This document shows, piece by piece, positions 12,798-24,830 of a DNA stretch of 64,000 bases. The notes beneath the pieces were generated by a model. That model saw only the letters and a program-made list of their open reading frames with translations. It ran no database searches and was not told the origin of the DNA. The translations under genes and the position numbers were made by a program. How positions within the stretch are numbered: position 1 is the first letter of the stretch; each line of letters begins with the position of its first letter. The stretch is from Cenococcum geophilum (lineage: Eukaryota), in the NCBI GenBank assembly GCA_050273025.1, contig CP158635.1:8990001-9054000 (forward strand), read 5' to 3'.

Positions 12798-13718
12798 ATT
12801 GGGAAAATCAGCTTTCAGCACCGCTAAATCCCACGAACCTCTCGAATTTTACATGACTTTTATTGGTGGATTGGGGTTATGGTGTGCATCCGGGACTGGC
12901 TTGGTCACTCTAAAATTAACGTATTCTGGTTTCTATCTTTTCTCTTTTCTTCTTGGACAATGGTTTTCTATCTTGACACGATACACGTCATATTATATAC
13001 TAACGATGCTATCTTCAACGTGGCCACTCGGACAGTAATGAACTCCGGGTTAAAAGGGATTATACATTCGAATTCTTTAATCTGTCTGATATCTCGCCGC
13101 TAGGCTTATGTGAACCGTATTTATCGGTCTGGCATCGATTTGCTCTTCAAATCTACGCTACCCCCAACAATCTCAGGGCCCACAAAGCTCTCAATAAAAC
13201 CACAAAGACGTTCCAAACCCCCATAATTTGTCCATCCAGTCCATCTAGCACCTCGCTCTAACCAAAACCCAAACCACAGCCTTAAGCACCCTCCAGCCTC
13301 AACCACGACGCAGCCTCCTCAGCGCCTCCGTCACCCTTCTCAACTACTCGACATCCCCGCACAACCATCTCCTTCAATCCCACCCCGCTCCCCATAAACC
13401 TGAGCCATAAAAATCGGTAATACCACGCTGCAGCATCCCGACCGGCGCGTATAATGGAACTGGTGGGTTGCTGTTTGGAGATGTGGTTGTGGTTGAGGAT
13501 CGACTCACTGATAGGGCTGGCTTCTGAAAGCCCTGGTTCTAAATATGTCTTGGACGCGGCCATATTCTAGGCTTACGGAGAGCTCGTCGGATATCTTTAG
13601 GGAAGCGGTGCTTTGGGGAGGTTTTTATTCCTTAAAAAAAAAGGCTCGGAAGCCTTCCGAATACTCACTTGGTCGCGAGAATAATATATGCTGGACAGAC
13701 AGAGCGGTTGGTACGGAA

Positions 13719-14879
13719 TCAAGGATCAATACTCAAATGGATTTGCGACTCGGCGTCTTTATCTAATAGATACAGGCTTGTTCCTCTGTCTTTTTCTTTT
13801 GGGATTTGGTGACTTTCATTCTGGATAGCGGTAACAACCTTTTTGTTCTTAGATCCCTTAGGGCGGCTAACCTTGGGGGTTGTTTTGGCCTTTTCTTTCG
13901 TGGCAGTTGGTTTCTTATTTCGGGAACCAGGTGGCCTCCCTCGTTTCTCGGGCTCCTCCTTTGTATTTTTCTTGCCGCCCGGTTTTGGTCCCCGTTTCGT
14001 CTTTGGTTTTATCGATAGCACCTCCTCCCCACTAGCAATCTCTTCTATAAATTTGACGGTCTTTTCATCCAGTTCTTCTCGGTCTGGAAATATGGGCCTC
14101 CCCATCCAAGTCAGCTGGATATCCTTCCTAACACCACCCTCCTTTTCCTTAGCTGCACGCTTTTTCTTCCTCTCCTTGCCTTTCCTGTCCTCGTCCCTCC
14201 CATCATTATCCTCCGCAGCCAAAGCCCCCTCCGCCTTCGTCCTCCCCCCAACATACCTAACCGTAACGCCCACCCCCTCCAACCCCCTCTCTACCGCACT
14301 CCGATTCCACAGAAACTGCTCGACGACGCCGGCCCTCGAGACCTTCAAAAACCCCATCGGCCACCGATTCCCCCCCAGCGCCTCCAACACCCCGCGCGTC
14401 GCCCGCCGCGTCGACACCAGCAGCCCCAGCACCTCGCCGCGGCGCCACGCCGCCGGCACGCTCTGGAACGCGCCCTCGAGCTCGCGCACGTGCCGCGGTC
14501 CCACGCCCGCGCCGCGCGCCTTGCACTGCGCGAGGACGCGCAGGGGCGCGTCGCCGAGCGCGGGGATGCGCCAGTGGCCTAGCAGGTCGATGCCGTGGTC
14601 GGCGCGGCGGCCCGTGCGGAGGAGGTCGAAGCCTAGCCGGTGGAGGGAGCGTGCGACGGTGTATTCGTAGTGCGTGCCGATGTAGACGGTTTTGGTCGGG
14701 GCGAGGGACACGCGGGTGGCGTAGGCGAGGAAGGAGGGGAGGTCGTTGTGGTGGGGGGAGCCGGGGGTGATTAGGAGGGGGGTGGTGGGTTTGGAGGTGA
14801 GGGTGGTGAGGGTGCGGGAAGTGGGGAGACGCGGCGTGAGGAGTGGACGGAGCCATTGGCGGTGGGGGAGAGGTGCCAT
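13719..14879 (-). CDS. RRG7: Rrg7-like (DUF2034, restriction-endonuclease-like fold) mitochondrial protein with basic C-terminal tail
   Basis: HHNDLPSFLAYA, VYIGTHYEYTV, DHGIDLLGHW, VLAQCKA, VRELEG, QFLWN motifs; Arg/Thr/Leu-rich N-terminus resembling a mitochondrial presequence. Confidence 0.82.
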   Translation of the reverse strand: MAPLPHRQWLRPLLTPRLPTSRTLTTLTSKPTTPLLITPGSPHHNDLPSFLAYATRVSLAPTKTVYIGTHYEYTVARSLHRLGFDLLRTGRRADHGIDLLGHWRIPALGDAPLRVLAQCKARGAGVGPRHVRELEGAFQSVPAAWRRGEVLGLLVSTRRATRGVLEALGGNRWPMGFLKVSRAGVVEQFLWNRSAVERGLEGVGVTVRYVGGRTKAEGALAAEDNDGRDEDRKGKERKKKRAAKEKEGGVRKDIQLTWMGRPIFPDREELDEKTVKFIEEIASGEEVLSIKPKTKRGPKPGGKKNTKEEPEKRGRPPGSRNKKPTATKEKAKTTPKVSRPKGSKNKKVVTAIQNESHQIPKEKDRGTSLYLLDKDAESQIHLSIDP

Positions 14880-15188
14880 GATGTGGTGAGTGTGGTGGTG
14901 AAGAAGGCTGGATGAGTGGCCAGCATATTTACACATTGGGGGAGCGGGATAGAGGACAACTTTGAAGCAGCGAGGTGTCTTTGTTGGAGGTTTGGAGGAT
15001 TTCGCTGCGTGCAGAGCTAGGCTGCATGCCAAGCCTCCTGGCGCTCACTAGCTCAGCCCTATGAAGCTCCCGTCAACTTCCTCAATCATCGACACTCGCA
15101 ACAACCCACGCTCTTTATAAGTCCTGCTAGAGAAACCCTTCTCGCTGCTAAAATCTGCGCCCTGCCTTTCCTGCCTCACAACCTCACA

Positions 15189-15850
15189 ATGGCGGACCGC
15201 CTAACCCAACTCCAAGACTGCCTGGACCAAGTAACCCTCCCCCATCCCACCTCCAATTGCCCCTCTCCTTTTGACGTAGCAGCCCCTCACGTCAAAGAAT
15301 CTCCAACTAACATCTCCAGCTGGCAACCCAAATGTACGCAACCCTCTCCTACACCTCCACGCGCGCCGCGTCGTCCCCAATCCCAGGCCAACCGCTCCAA
15401 TCCCCCGCCGCGCCCGCCTTCCCCAGCAGCACGCACGCCACCTCCGACGCCGCAGCCCCAGAAACTCAAACCCAAGGCAGCTCGAACCCAACCCAGACAA
15501 CCACCTCCTTCGACCCCTCCCAACCCCAGACCCAGACACAGACCCAGACCCAGCCGCAAACCCAAACCCGGCTTCTCTCCACCCGGCCTCCGCGCCACGA
15601 CCCCGCGGCCGCCTTCACGGCCGACCTGCACGAGCTGGCGCGCGACCTGATCGTCAAGGAGCAGCAGATCGAGATGCTGATCGAGCGGCTGCCGGGCATC
15701 GGGACCAGCGAGCGGGCGCAGCGGGCGCGCATGGCGGTGCTGGAGAGGCAGCTGCGGGAGATCGAGGAGGAGCGCGCGCGCGCGGTTGCGGAGAAGGAGA
15801 GGTTGCTTGAGCGGGTTGCGGGGAGGATTGCTGGGGTGAGGGGGTTGTAG
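15189..15850 (+). CDS. MED21: Mediator subunit 21 (Srb7)
   Basis: MADRLTQLQDCLDQ, intron (GTAACC...CTAAC...CAG, about 15231-15319), LATQMYA...ELARDLIVKEQQIEMLIERLPGIG. Confidence 0.95.
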
Positions 15851-16386
15851 TGGGAGGGGTTGTGGGAGGGTTGAGGTCAGAGTGAGGGTTAGAGTGATGG
15901 GGGAGGGAATGGCGTTTATGGAGCTTTTTTTTAAAGGGGGGTGGTTGGGGTTGTGTGCTGCGCTTGCGTTGGCATCATTTAGCAGAAAGGGAAGGATGGG
16001 TTTGTGTGGCGATGATATCCGGCGGTTTCGCCTTTACACGGCATGGGGTTGCGGGGGCGGAAAAGCACAAGTTGTTCGTGTGAGAGGACGGCATCGCGCA
16101 GTTCTAAGGGAGATAGTACGTTGATTTGGATCCTAATGATACGATGTACGCCTCTTATCTAACAGCCTTGATGCTTCTTCAATGCGAATAAAACACCCCA
16201 CCACCATCAAGCCAAAGGAAAGAATACACAGGCTGAAAAAAAAATACCTGCCCACTAACCTATCCCATCCTTCCTATTCGAACCATAATGCTCAACCTAG
16301 CCAGTCCGATCCCATACAACTCCGAAACGACTAGTCTGAACAAACTGCGCACACAACGTGCTTTCTTCCCACCACGCAACCACCAC

Positions 16387-17724
16387 CTACTGATAATGCA
16401 CATTGCTCGACCACGGGTTCGCCCCATGCGGCGCCCCATACTCGCTCCCACTCTCGCTCTCGACGTCTGTCCAGCTGCCAGGGGTATGCACGCCCAAGCG
16501 GTCCTGGCCGAGCTCGCTGAACCCGGCTTCCGAGAACCCGGCCTCGGTGAAGCCCGTCTCACTGAACGCCTCCGAGCGCGCGTCGAGGTCGTCGTCGTGC
16601 GTCATCGACAGCACCGCGATGTCGTCCGCGTGGCTGTCCACCATGGACGCCGCAGTCGAGAGGCCGTCTTCGGTCGGTGTCAGCGTGCCAGTCGACATGA
16701 CTTCGGCGTCTTCGCCGTAGTTGGAGAAGATGTGCGTGCTGGACTGCGGGAGGTCGGACGAGGCGGAGAGCGAGGGGGATGAGGCGAAGGAATAGAAGGA
16801 TTGCGAGGCTTGGTCCTGCTCCTGCTCTGGGGGTTGGAGTTCGTGCTCTGAGTGTTCTGGGGCTGAGATGGGGATGAGGGGCTCGAGGGAAGCGATGGAG
16901 TGGACGGAGGCGGTTGGGTTCCGTGCTGGGATGCTGATGAATGGGTTTTCAGTGGTGGCATTGATAGGCGATTGGTGGGGTTCGTGATCGGCTTGAATTG
17001 TCGTTGTGCTTTCTCGGGACTCGGGTTCAACGGTCGTAGTGGCGGTGGTTTGGGCCTCCTGCTTCTTAGCCTGATCAAAGATGACCTGACCCGGCTCGTC
17101 GACGAATGGGTTGGCGAATGAAGCACTGCTCTCAAGACTCTGAACACCCCGTCCACGTCTTCTGAGACCATCATCGCCTTCCATTATGCTCGAGTCCATG
17201 GCCGTGGCGGTCTTTGCAGTTTTGCCCTTGTCCTCGTCTTCAATCTTAATAAGAGGGTGATTGTCGCGGAGCATGCCATCGCTTCCCACTATGTCATCAA
17301 AGCTAATTCCACGATGCCTGGCGTTGAACTCCCTCATCTCAAGCTCTGCACCCTCTCTACCAATTCTTGCCAGTTCATCCAGATCGACCGCAACGCCTTC
17401 TTCCCTGGCCTTATGTAATAGCTCGGCCCGATTGCGGCGTACGATTTCTTCCCTCCTCCTACGTCTCGCCTCTTCCTCCCGCTCTCTCCGGTCTTGGCCA
17501 TTGTCCGAGGATTCCGAGGAGTTTCGGTGCGGCTGGACCCCATCTCCGAGGCTGTGTAAGGCAACAGCGATTTTGCGTCTTGACTGGTCGACCCACTGTC
17601 TGACCTGCGGGCTTTCGTAGATGGCGAGTCCGGCGGCAACGAGGACGGAGGCGGCGATTATGAGGCCTGTTTGGAATGGATGGTTAGGCCTTGGACGAGG
17701 GTCTTGGTGGGAGTTTGGGGACAT
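16387..17724 (-). CDS. Hypothetical protein with N-terminal membrane anchor, coiled-coil and acidic Ser-rich tail
   Basis: Uninterrupted 445-aa ORF; GLIIAASVLVAAGLAIYESPQVRQW hydrophobic segment; C-terminal TPGSWTDVESE. Confidence 0.82.
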   Translation of the reverse strand: MSPNSHQDPRPRPNHPFQTGLIIAASVLVAAGLAIYESPQVRQWVDQSRRKIAVALHSLGDGVQPHRNSSESSDNGQDRREREEEARRRRREEIVRRNRAELLHKAREEGVAVDLDELARIGREGAELEMREFNARHRGISFDDIVGSDGMLRDNHPLIKIEDEDKGKTAKTATAMDSSIMEGDDGLRRRGRGVQSLESSASFANPFVDEPGQVIFDQAKKQEAQTTATTTVEPESRESTTTIQADHEPHQSPINATTENPFISIPARNPTASVHSIASLEPLIPISAPEHSEHELQPPEQEQDQASQSFYSFASSPSLSASSDLPQSSTHIFSNYGEDAEVMSTGTLTPTEDGLSTAASMVDSHADDIAVLSMTHDDDLDARSEAFSETGFTEAGFSEAGFSELGQDRLGVHTPGSWTDVESESGSEYGAPHGANPWSSNVHYQ

Positions 17725-18348
17725 AGAGCGAATGTGAGGTCCTGTGAGGGGCTAGTTGGCAGAAGCGGACAATACAAAGAGTGAAAGGCACGAGGGCAAA
17801 GACGAGTAGTACAGAAAAGGCGTTTAGTAGATGGCTCAGCTTACCCTTAGCTAACGGTGCGGGCATTCTGACGATTATTCTCTTGTAACAATCTCGGTCG
17901 GTTAAAGGCAGGGGAAGTCAATCCGTGATAGGTACAAAGTGAACGGCTGCAGGGGCGTCTTTAAAGAGGGATTCTAGCAGCCTTGAAGAGCGAAGGAGTG
18001 TTACGTGGAGTGCCCTTTAGGCTGTCGTAACCGCCGCCTCCGCCACCTGAGGAGACCCGAGCTTTGACTTTGGCGGGGCGAAGCTTGAGGGCGAGGCGCG
18101 GGGCCAAGAGTAAGCCCGGGCCAATATACGGTCATGCGTTGTATATCAACTGACTAAATCGTTCTACTACTTGAAGCTTCTTTGAAGATCAGCATTTGAG
18201 GGATATCTTAACGGGTTTATATGCTCTATCACCAAGATACCAAAAAGAAATTTCCTCGTCCGAAAGATGCTATAACCGATGCCAACTCAATCTATACTAA
18301 ATATACTTAGACAAACTAGAACACTGTGAAGATTATCAAACCGCATTC

Positions 18349-20291
18349 TCATGCCTCCCGATGATCTTCCTGAGCATCTCCATTCCTAATGACATGCTCA
18401 TGTCTTATATTCCAGAAGCTAACCAGAACACCCACTACGCTGGCGAAAAAGGTAATCCAGTATGCACTCCGGTAACACTCCAGCCCTTCCGAACAACTCC
18501 TTTCTCCGCTAGGCAAGACCTCCGAATGATGGTCAAATATTGTGCCATAGCATAGGTTAAAGATATTTCCGCTTACGACGGGTGCGAGCGTCATGAACCC
18601 CCAATTAACCGAGAATCCATGCACCCCAAACGCATCGACAACCAGCGCAGGGAACACGCCAAAGAGCGCTCCATACGCTAACCCAGAGAAACCAGAGACA
18701 ACCCATAGATGGTTTGGATTTTCGATACGGGTGGCGCAGACTTGTGCGAGCGTAAAGATGGCCGCTGATGCTGTGGCGCACCAGAAGCGGCTCATATGCA
18801 GTCTCTTGACAAGAACGTCAGAGCCAACCCCGGAAGCCAGTCGCCCAAGAAAGCTCATGAAAGATATGATAGAGACGTGTATCAGCTGACGTTTTGCGAC
18901 AAACTCTTTCGAGGCTGTGTCATCATAGTGAGTCCAGAGAGCTTGGGCCTAAATTGTGTCAGTCCGAAGTGACATTGGTTGGGGTAGAGCTGAAGCTTAC
19001 ATCGTTGCCAATGTTACTACATCAACTCGTTAGCGAACATTAATTTGTACAAATACTCTCTTCTGAACTTACTTGATGGTCATCAGACCGACACCGGTTA
19101 AAACACCAAGCAAAGTCCATAATTGCCAAAACTCAATTTTCAGGAGAAGGGCTAATCCGGTGACATCTGGCCTATGTGAGTGGTGTGTACCATGAATCCT
19201 AGCGTCATCCTCTGCAGAAATGTCTCCAGGACCAGACATGAGCGAGGAATTCTCGTCTGCATCTACAGAACCAACATCTTGTGAATTATCGTCTACTAAT
19301 AATATAATTGGTAGCTGCCTTAGGCAAACGTAGACTCGTCTGAAATGAAATATAGTGCTTACCTTGTTCTTGCTGCGGCAATGAAGAGCCGCTGTATTTG
19401 CCTCCGCCAGACTTTGTCCGGTGAAGCTGGTTGGAGTCTCGCCCCGGCAGACCTGAGCTATCTTCGTTGGTGGGCAAGACTGAGTAGCGTGCATTATGGC
19501 CCACAATATGAAGGAATGGAACAGAGACCAATACGAGGCAAGATGTGCCTACTGAAAGGAGTAAAAGAAGACTCGACGTTTTACCTGGAAACGCGAGACC
19601 AGAGAGCAACGTATAGAAGAACGCGCTGAGACCAAAAGCAGCTAACGGAAAGGCAGTAGCCGTCCCACGGTGGTGTGGCCAGTTCAGTGCAGCTAGGGTT
19701 GTGAGCATTCCTACATATGCGGGTGAGAAAGACTACTTACACGTTTTCAGTGCAGCTTGGAAAGCAGCACAGCTGCCAACGCCAGTGAGGAAAGATAAAA
19801 AGAAGAGAAGGAAAACGCTCATGGATCCAGCTCCCTTGTCAAACGCTAATCACAGTTAGTCCAGCTTTAGAGTTGCTGACCGTGCGATCATACCAGCACG
19901 TATAGGGAAGTATCCTATTGCAAGCGCAAATGCTCCCAGCAGAGCAGCGGGACGAGGCCCTTTTTTATCTACTACAATACCCATAGGTATTCCTGACGCA
20001 TACATCCCAATATTTGCGGCTGCGCCCTGTTCCATTCTCAGCCAGTGTTCAAGAAACGCTTCAAGAGAGAGATGCGTACGATGACATTGCTTTGCGTTGC
20101 GGAGAGTTGGAGACGGTCTGCAAATTGTGGCGCCCATGCTGAGTATGCGTACTATCGAATGTTAGTCCTATGTCTGATTATAGCCTTTTCCAACTTGCAT
20201 TCGTTCCGCATGCCAGCGATATCACAGTAGCCGCAACCACAGACACTATCCGCGTTACCCTATGAGCCTTTTCGGACACGTTAACAGCCAT
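18349..20291 (-). CDS. MCH1: MFS transporter, Mch1/nodulin-like family
   Basis: Multi-exon: SLACGTNYAYSAWAPQF, GMYASGIPMG, ALNWPHHRGTATAFPLAAFGLSAFFY, EFWQLW, SFLGRLASG, GLAYGALFGVFP, C-x-x-GLECY. Confidence 0.88.
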
Positions 20292-20706
20292 CCTGATGCC
20301 CAACTCGAGCGTCTGGGCTTTCTTTAGATGCCTTCAACGGTTCATCTAGGCTGGTGGGTGTCGACGTTCCTTATGTGGGCGTAGCAGAGCTGCGATTGAT
20401 ATCGACTCGTCTGTTCCAATGCGGAGTCCGATGGTGTGCTATCCAGGGATGCTGCTGGTGAGAAGATAATGGTAGGCTTAGACGGTATTGGATCAGCGTA
20501 TAACTTCACAATAGTGCAATTGGTAGCGCGAGTGTTGTTGATGCGTCGAGAATGGAAATGATTTGGATGAGGTGTCGATGCCTTCCGGAGATAAGGCCGC
20601 CGAGCCAAATTCAACGCCTTAAGCCGCATCCCGTCGGCCTGCAGCAACTGGCGTCACTATCACATCAACGACCACATCACAACCGTCAACCTACCACCTC
20701 GGAATC

Positions 20707-22336
20707 ATGGGTGCGGCATTATCGATCCCTTTTCTGGCTCTACCCGGCTTGTCTACGGTATACATTTATCCCCAGCCAGTGGAAATGATGAGCGACTAAC
20801 CAGTGTCTAGGTAGGCACCTTTGCCGCCTCATGCTGTGGAGCAGCTACCTGCTCTGCAGTATTCAACTCATGCGGAAAATGCGGAAATAGGTATACATCT
20901 ATTTACGTCCTATCAGAACACTAGGACTAATTCATTTCTTGCAGTATGGCAACTCGGATAGCATACGCTCTCATCCTTCTCGTCAACTCGATCGTATCAT
21001 GGCTCATGCTCACTGACTGGGCAATGAAGAAGCTTTCGCATCTCACTCTTGACTACGTGGATATTAGTTGTAACGGAGAACAATGTTATGGCTATGTCGC
21101 GGTTCAAAGAATCAACTTTGCCTTGGGATTCTTCCATGCCATCCTCGCTATTATCCTCCTCGGAGTCCGTTCTTCCAAAGACGGACGCGCACCAATCCAG
21201 AACGGTTTCTGGGGCCCTAAGATCATCGCATGGATAGGCCTCATCGTACTGACCTTCTTTATCCCGAATAAATTCTTCATTGCATGGGGCAACTACTTTG
21301 CGCTTATCGGAGCATGCCTTTTCCTACTTATTGGCCTGATTCTCCTTGTCGATTTGGCCCACAACTGGGCGGAATACTGCCAGGAGAAGATTGAGACCAC
21401 CGAATCCAGAGTCTGGACAGCGCTTTTGGTTGGATCGGCTTTCTTTATGTACTTGGCTTCTCTCGCTATGACGATTGTTATGTACATTTTCTTCGCGCGT
21501 GGTGGCTGCTCGATGAACCAAGCTTCTATCACGGTAAGCCATTCTGCTCTCCTACATTCTTTTCTAGAAATTCATATGTCTAATGCCATCTACAGATCAA
21601 TCTCTTGCTCCTTCTCATCGCTTCAATAATCTCCATTCACCCCTCGATCCAAGCCGTCAATCCACGAGCCGGTCTCGCTCAGTCAGCTATGGTTGCCGTC
21701 TACTGCACATATCTGACCATGTCAGCGGTGGGAATGGAGCCTGATGATCAGCACTGCAATCCTCTAATCCGCGCTCGTGGAACCCGCCGGGCAACTATCG
21801 TTATTGGCGCGATCGTTACCTTCATCACGGTAGCCTACACCACAACACGCGCCGCAACCTACGGCCTAGCTCTTGGCCAACAGGGCAACTCGTACAGTAA
21901 CTCGTACTCCCAGCTTAATCCAGAGGACTATGAGCATGGCCTCGTCACACAGCAACCGGAATCGCGACGAGAAATGCGCGCCGCGGCTCTCCGCGCGGCT
22001 GTTGAGAGCGGCTCTTTGCCTGCCTCCGCCCTTGATGATTCAGACAGTGACGACGAAGATGAAGACGGATACGGGAAGAACCCTCGCGATGACGAGCGCA
22101 ATGCTACGCAGTACAATTACACACTTTTCCACGTGATATTCCTACTTAGCACCGCGTGGGTAGCGACACTGCTCACAATGAATTTCGATGAGAAGGGTGT
22201 GGAGGACGACTTCATACCTGTTGGGCGGACATACTGGGCAAGCTGGGCGAAGATTGTGAGCGCGTGGGCTTGCTATGGTATTTACATCTGGAGTCTGGTC
22301 GCTCCAGTTGTGCTTCCGGAGAGATTTGATTATTAG
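20707..22336 (+). CDS. TMS1: Serinc/TDE family membrane protein Tms1
   Basis: MGAALSIP, AASCCGAATCS, ATRIAYA, IQNGFWGPK, GLILLVDLAHNWAE, GLAQSAMVAVYCTYLT, QYNYTLFH, WSLVAPVVLPERF; three introns. Confidence 0.95.
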
Positions 22337-22733
22337 TGCATGCTGAATATGGGAAGGGCCACTTTTCTTTGTGAAGGGTTTTGGGGACATGGGGATTTTG
22401 CTTTTGGAAAGGTAAGTCATAGTACTTGTATCAATAGTTCCATATTCATATGTAGGAGGGTTTCCTCAGTGTCAAATAAAATAGTCAAAGCTGTGTACTC
22501 TTATATTCTGTGTTTTCCAGAACGTTATATTTTGAATCGGCAACTGAACCAAGCACGAATAACAAAATGGCTAGAAATAATGTGGGATCCCTCGAACGCT
22601 TCTCAAATAAGTATAGGGTTTACAAGATCTCCGAGCATCAGGCGCCATTGTGGCTACGTCAATCAAGATCTTTAGGCTCTGTGCTATACTCATCAGAACC
22701 TCTTCTAGGATCTAGACCTGCCAAAGGGTACTC

Positions 22734-23153
22734 TCATACGTCCAGCTCTGCATGCGCTTGGGTCCTTTGTTCGACCGTTCCTAGTCCTCGCCCCACCGCT
22801 CTTCCCAACGTGCCTTTAGCGATCCTTAGAGTAGTTATGAACACATTTACCGAACTCATCATTCCGGTCTGAGCCATCTCGAATATGCACTCTACCATTT
22901 CTATTTCAGAGCGGATTTCGTCCTCATCACGGTTGGTGCGAGGCTGGATGCGGTCTTCTGGAGGTGGGCTCGAAAAGGGGTAGGGGTCGGTAATGTGCGC
23001 TGCAGAGATGGGTTGCCTGGCGTGGTTGGGTTGCCCGGCTTGGCTGACTTGGTTTGGCCCTTTAGGGCTTTCGGCCTTCAGGTGCGGTAAAGAGAAGGAG
23101 GGGCAGTTACCAGAAGACGGGGACTAGATTGTTGACTCATTGCGGTCAGACAT
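22734..23153 (-). pseudogene. Possible 139-codon orphan ORF interrupted by a TAG at codon 10
   Basis: MSDRNESTI*SPSSGNCPSFSLPHLKAESP...EDEIRSEIEMVECIFEMA...ELDV* is otherwise open in one frame; no family recognised. Confidence 0.25.
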
Positions 23154-23763
23154 GGCAATAATCAGTTAGTTAGTTACGGTTGTGTTGGATTACATAGTAA
23201 CATAACTAACCAAATCATAATCGCATCTGCTGATTATGTCACGTAGATACAACTATATAACTAAACTGGATATACCACGGAAATAAGAAAAGAAGGGGTA
23301 GTCCTTTAAGGTAGACCTCCGGGGAGACCTCCGGGTAGAGCTTCGGGTATAAGCTTTAGCAGGGTTCTTCTCTACACGTGGTTTAGTGCCATCACTAATT
23401 GTGGTGTTAGAGTGTGAGTATTCGATTGGATAGTTGATTAAGCTTTGTGAGACTGAGATGGATTACAGATAGGAATAGAGGATGCTATATAACTCTTCAT
23501 AGTATCAGACGGTGTTTGCCATGGCACCTGGTAACATGAATATGTCTTGCTGGCAGAGTTCATAGACAACAAACGACGAACGGGATCAAAATCAGACAAC
23601 GCAATGTTGATAATGGTTTTTGGGGATACAATTAATGAATATTGGATCGCAGGATGACAAAGGATACAAGTCTGTGTAGATGTAGTGAGCAGAAAAACCC
23701 AACTGCACACTTCCAATAGCGAATGCCAATCGTAGCCATAGGGGTTCCAGAAAGTGTATATCT

Positions 23764-24830
23764 TCAAGTTAGGATGATCCCTCCATCAACTACGATCGTC
23801 TGGCCTGTGACATAATCCGAGTCTGGACCGGCCAAAAAGCTTACTACCTTAGAAACATCTTCCGGCACACTTGTTCTGCCCAACGCAATCAGGTCCTCGG
23901 TGTACTTTTTGATGGTTTCGCCTTTCTTTGCACCCTTTAGTTTACCTAGCTCTTCATCAATCAGATCCCACATGGCTGTACCAACAATGCCAGGAGCATA
24001 AGCGTTGACCGTGATTTTGTGGCTTGCCATTTCCATAGCAAAGGCTTGCGTCATCCCACGTACAGCCCACTTGCTGGCTGAATAATGCGACAGAAGAGCA
24101 AACGATTTGAAGGCAACGATGCTAAATTAAATGAGTCAGAGTGTGGTGTGTTAGGGAGATACCAAAGAACTTGAAGTGTACGAAAAAGATACGAAGTAGA
24201 TACTGTATATTCTCACCTTGCAGCCCCCAGAATTTTACCTCCGCTGCCCTGCTTGATCATCTGCCTCGCGGCGCTTGAATAACAATTGTAAACACCGTAA
24301 ACATTTACTTCAAACATGCGTTTTAAATCCTCTTCTGTGAGGTCCAGGAGAGCTTTCACTTGAGCTATGCCTGCGTTTGCAACCATTGTATTTAATGGAC
24401 CTAGCTGGGAGACGGAAGTCTCAACCATTTTTCCTACTTCAGAACGTTTCGACACATCTGCAAGATAATGAACGGCATTGCGACCCATGGACTTGATCTC
24501 GGACACAACTTCTTCTGCTCCAGTTTTATTGGCATGAATATCATTAACGCAAATGTCATAGCCATCTTGGGCAAGTCTTAGAGCTATGGCTTTGCCTCTA
24601 GTATGAGAAAGTTGGATTAGAGTGATGAAATTGGATTAGAGATTGAATGCGAAGCCAAAATCTTACATTCCACGGCTAGACCCAGTTACGATCGCTGTTC
24701 TGGGATTCTGATCAGAGGAGATGGCGTACGCTCGAGCATGTTGCAATGTCTGAGTAGCTGTAACTCGACGTAGCCTAGTAAGTCTGTTTGAAGCTTGCCA
24801 GAGGCTTCTCGGGGCCGGCCGAAACGCCAT
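23764..24830 (-). CDS. Short-chain dehydrogenase, acetoin(diacetyl) reductase / 2,3-butanediol dehydrogenase type
   Basis: TAIVTGSSRG|IGKAIALRLAQDG, VANAGIAQV, GGKILGAAS, HYSASKWAVRGMTQA, ITVNAYAPGIVGTAMW, SDYVTGQTIVVDGG; two introns. Confidence 0.9.

Noticed and set aside
13121..13563. Short minus-strand ORFs downstream of RRG7
   Set aside because: Could be a gene relic or extra exon, but no motif or splice evidence I can support.
13843..14856. 275-aa plus-strand ORF and 199-aa alternate-frame ORF over RRG7
   Set aside because: Shadow frames caused by high GC3 of the real gene.
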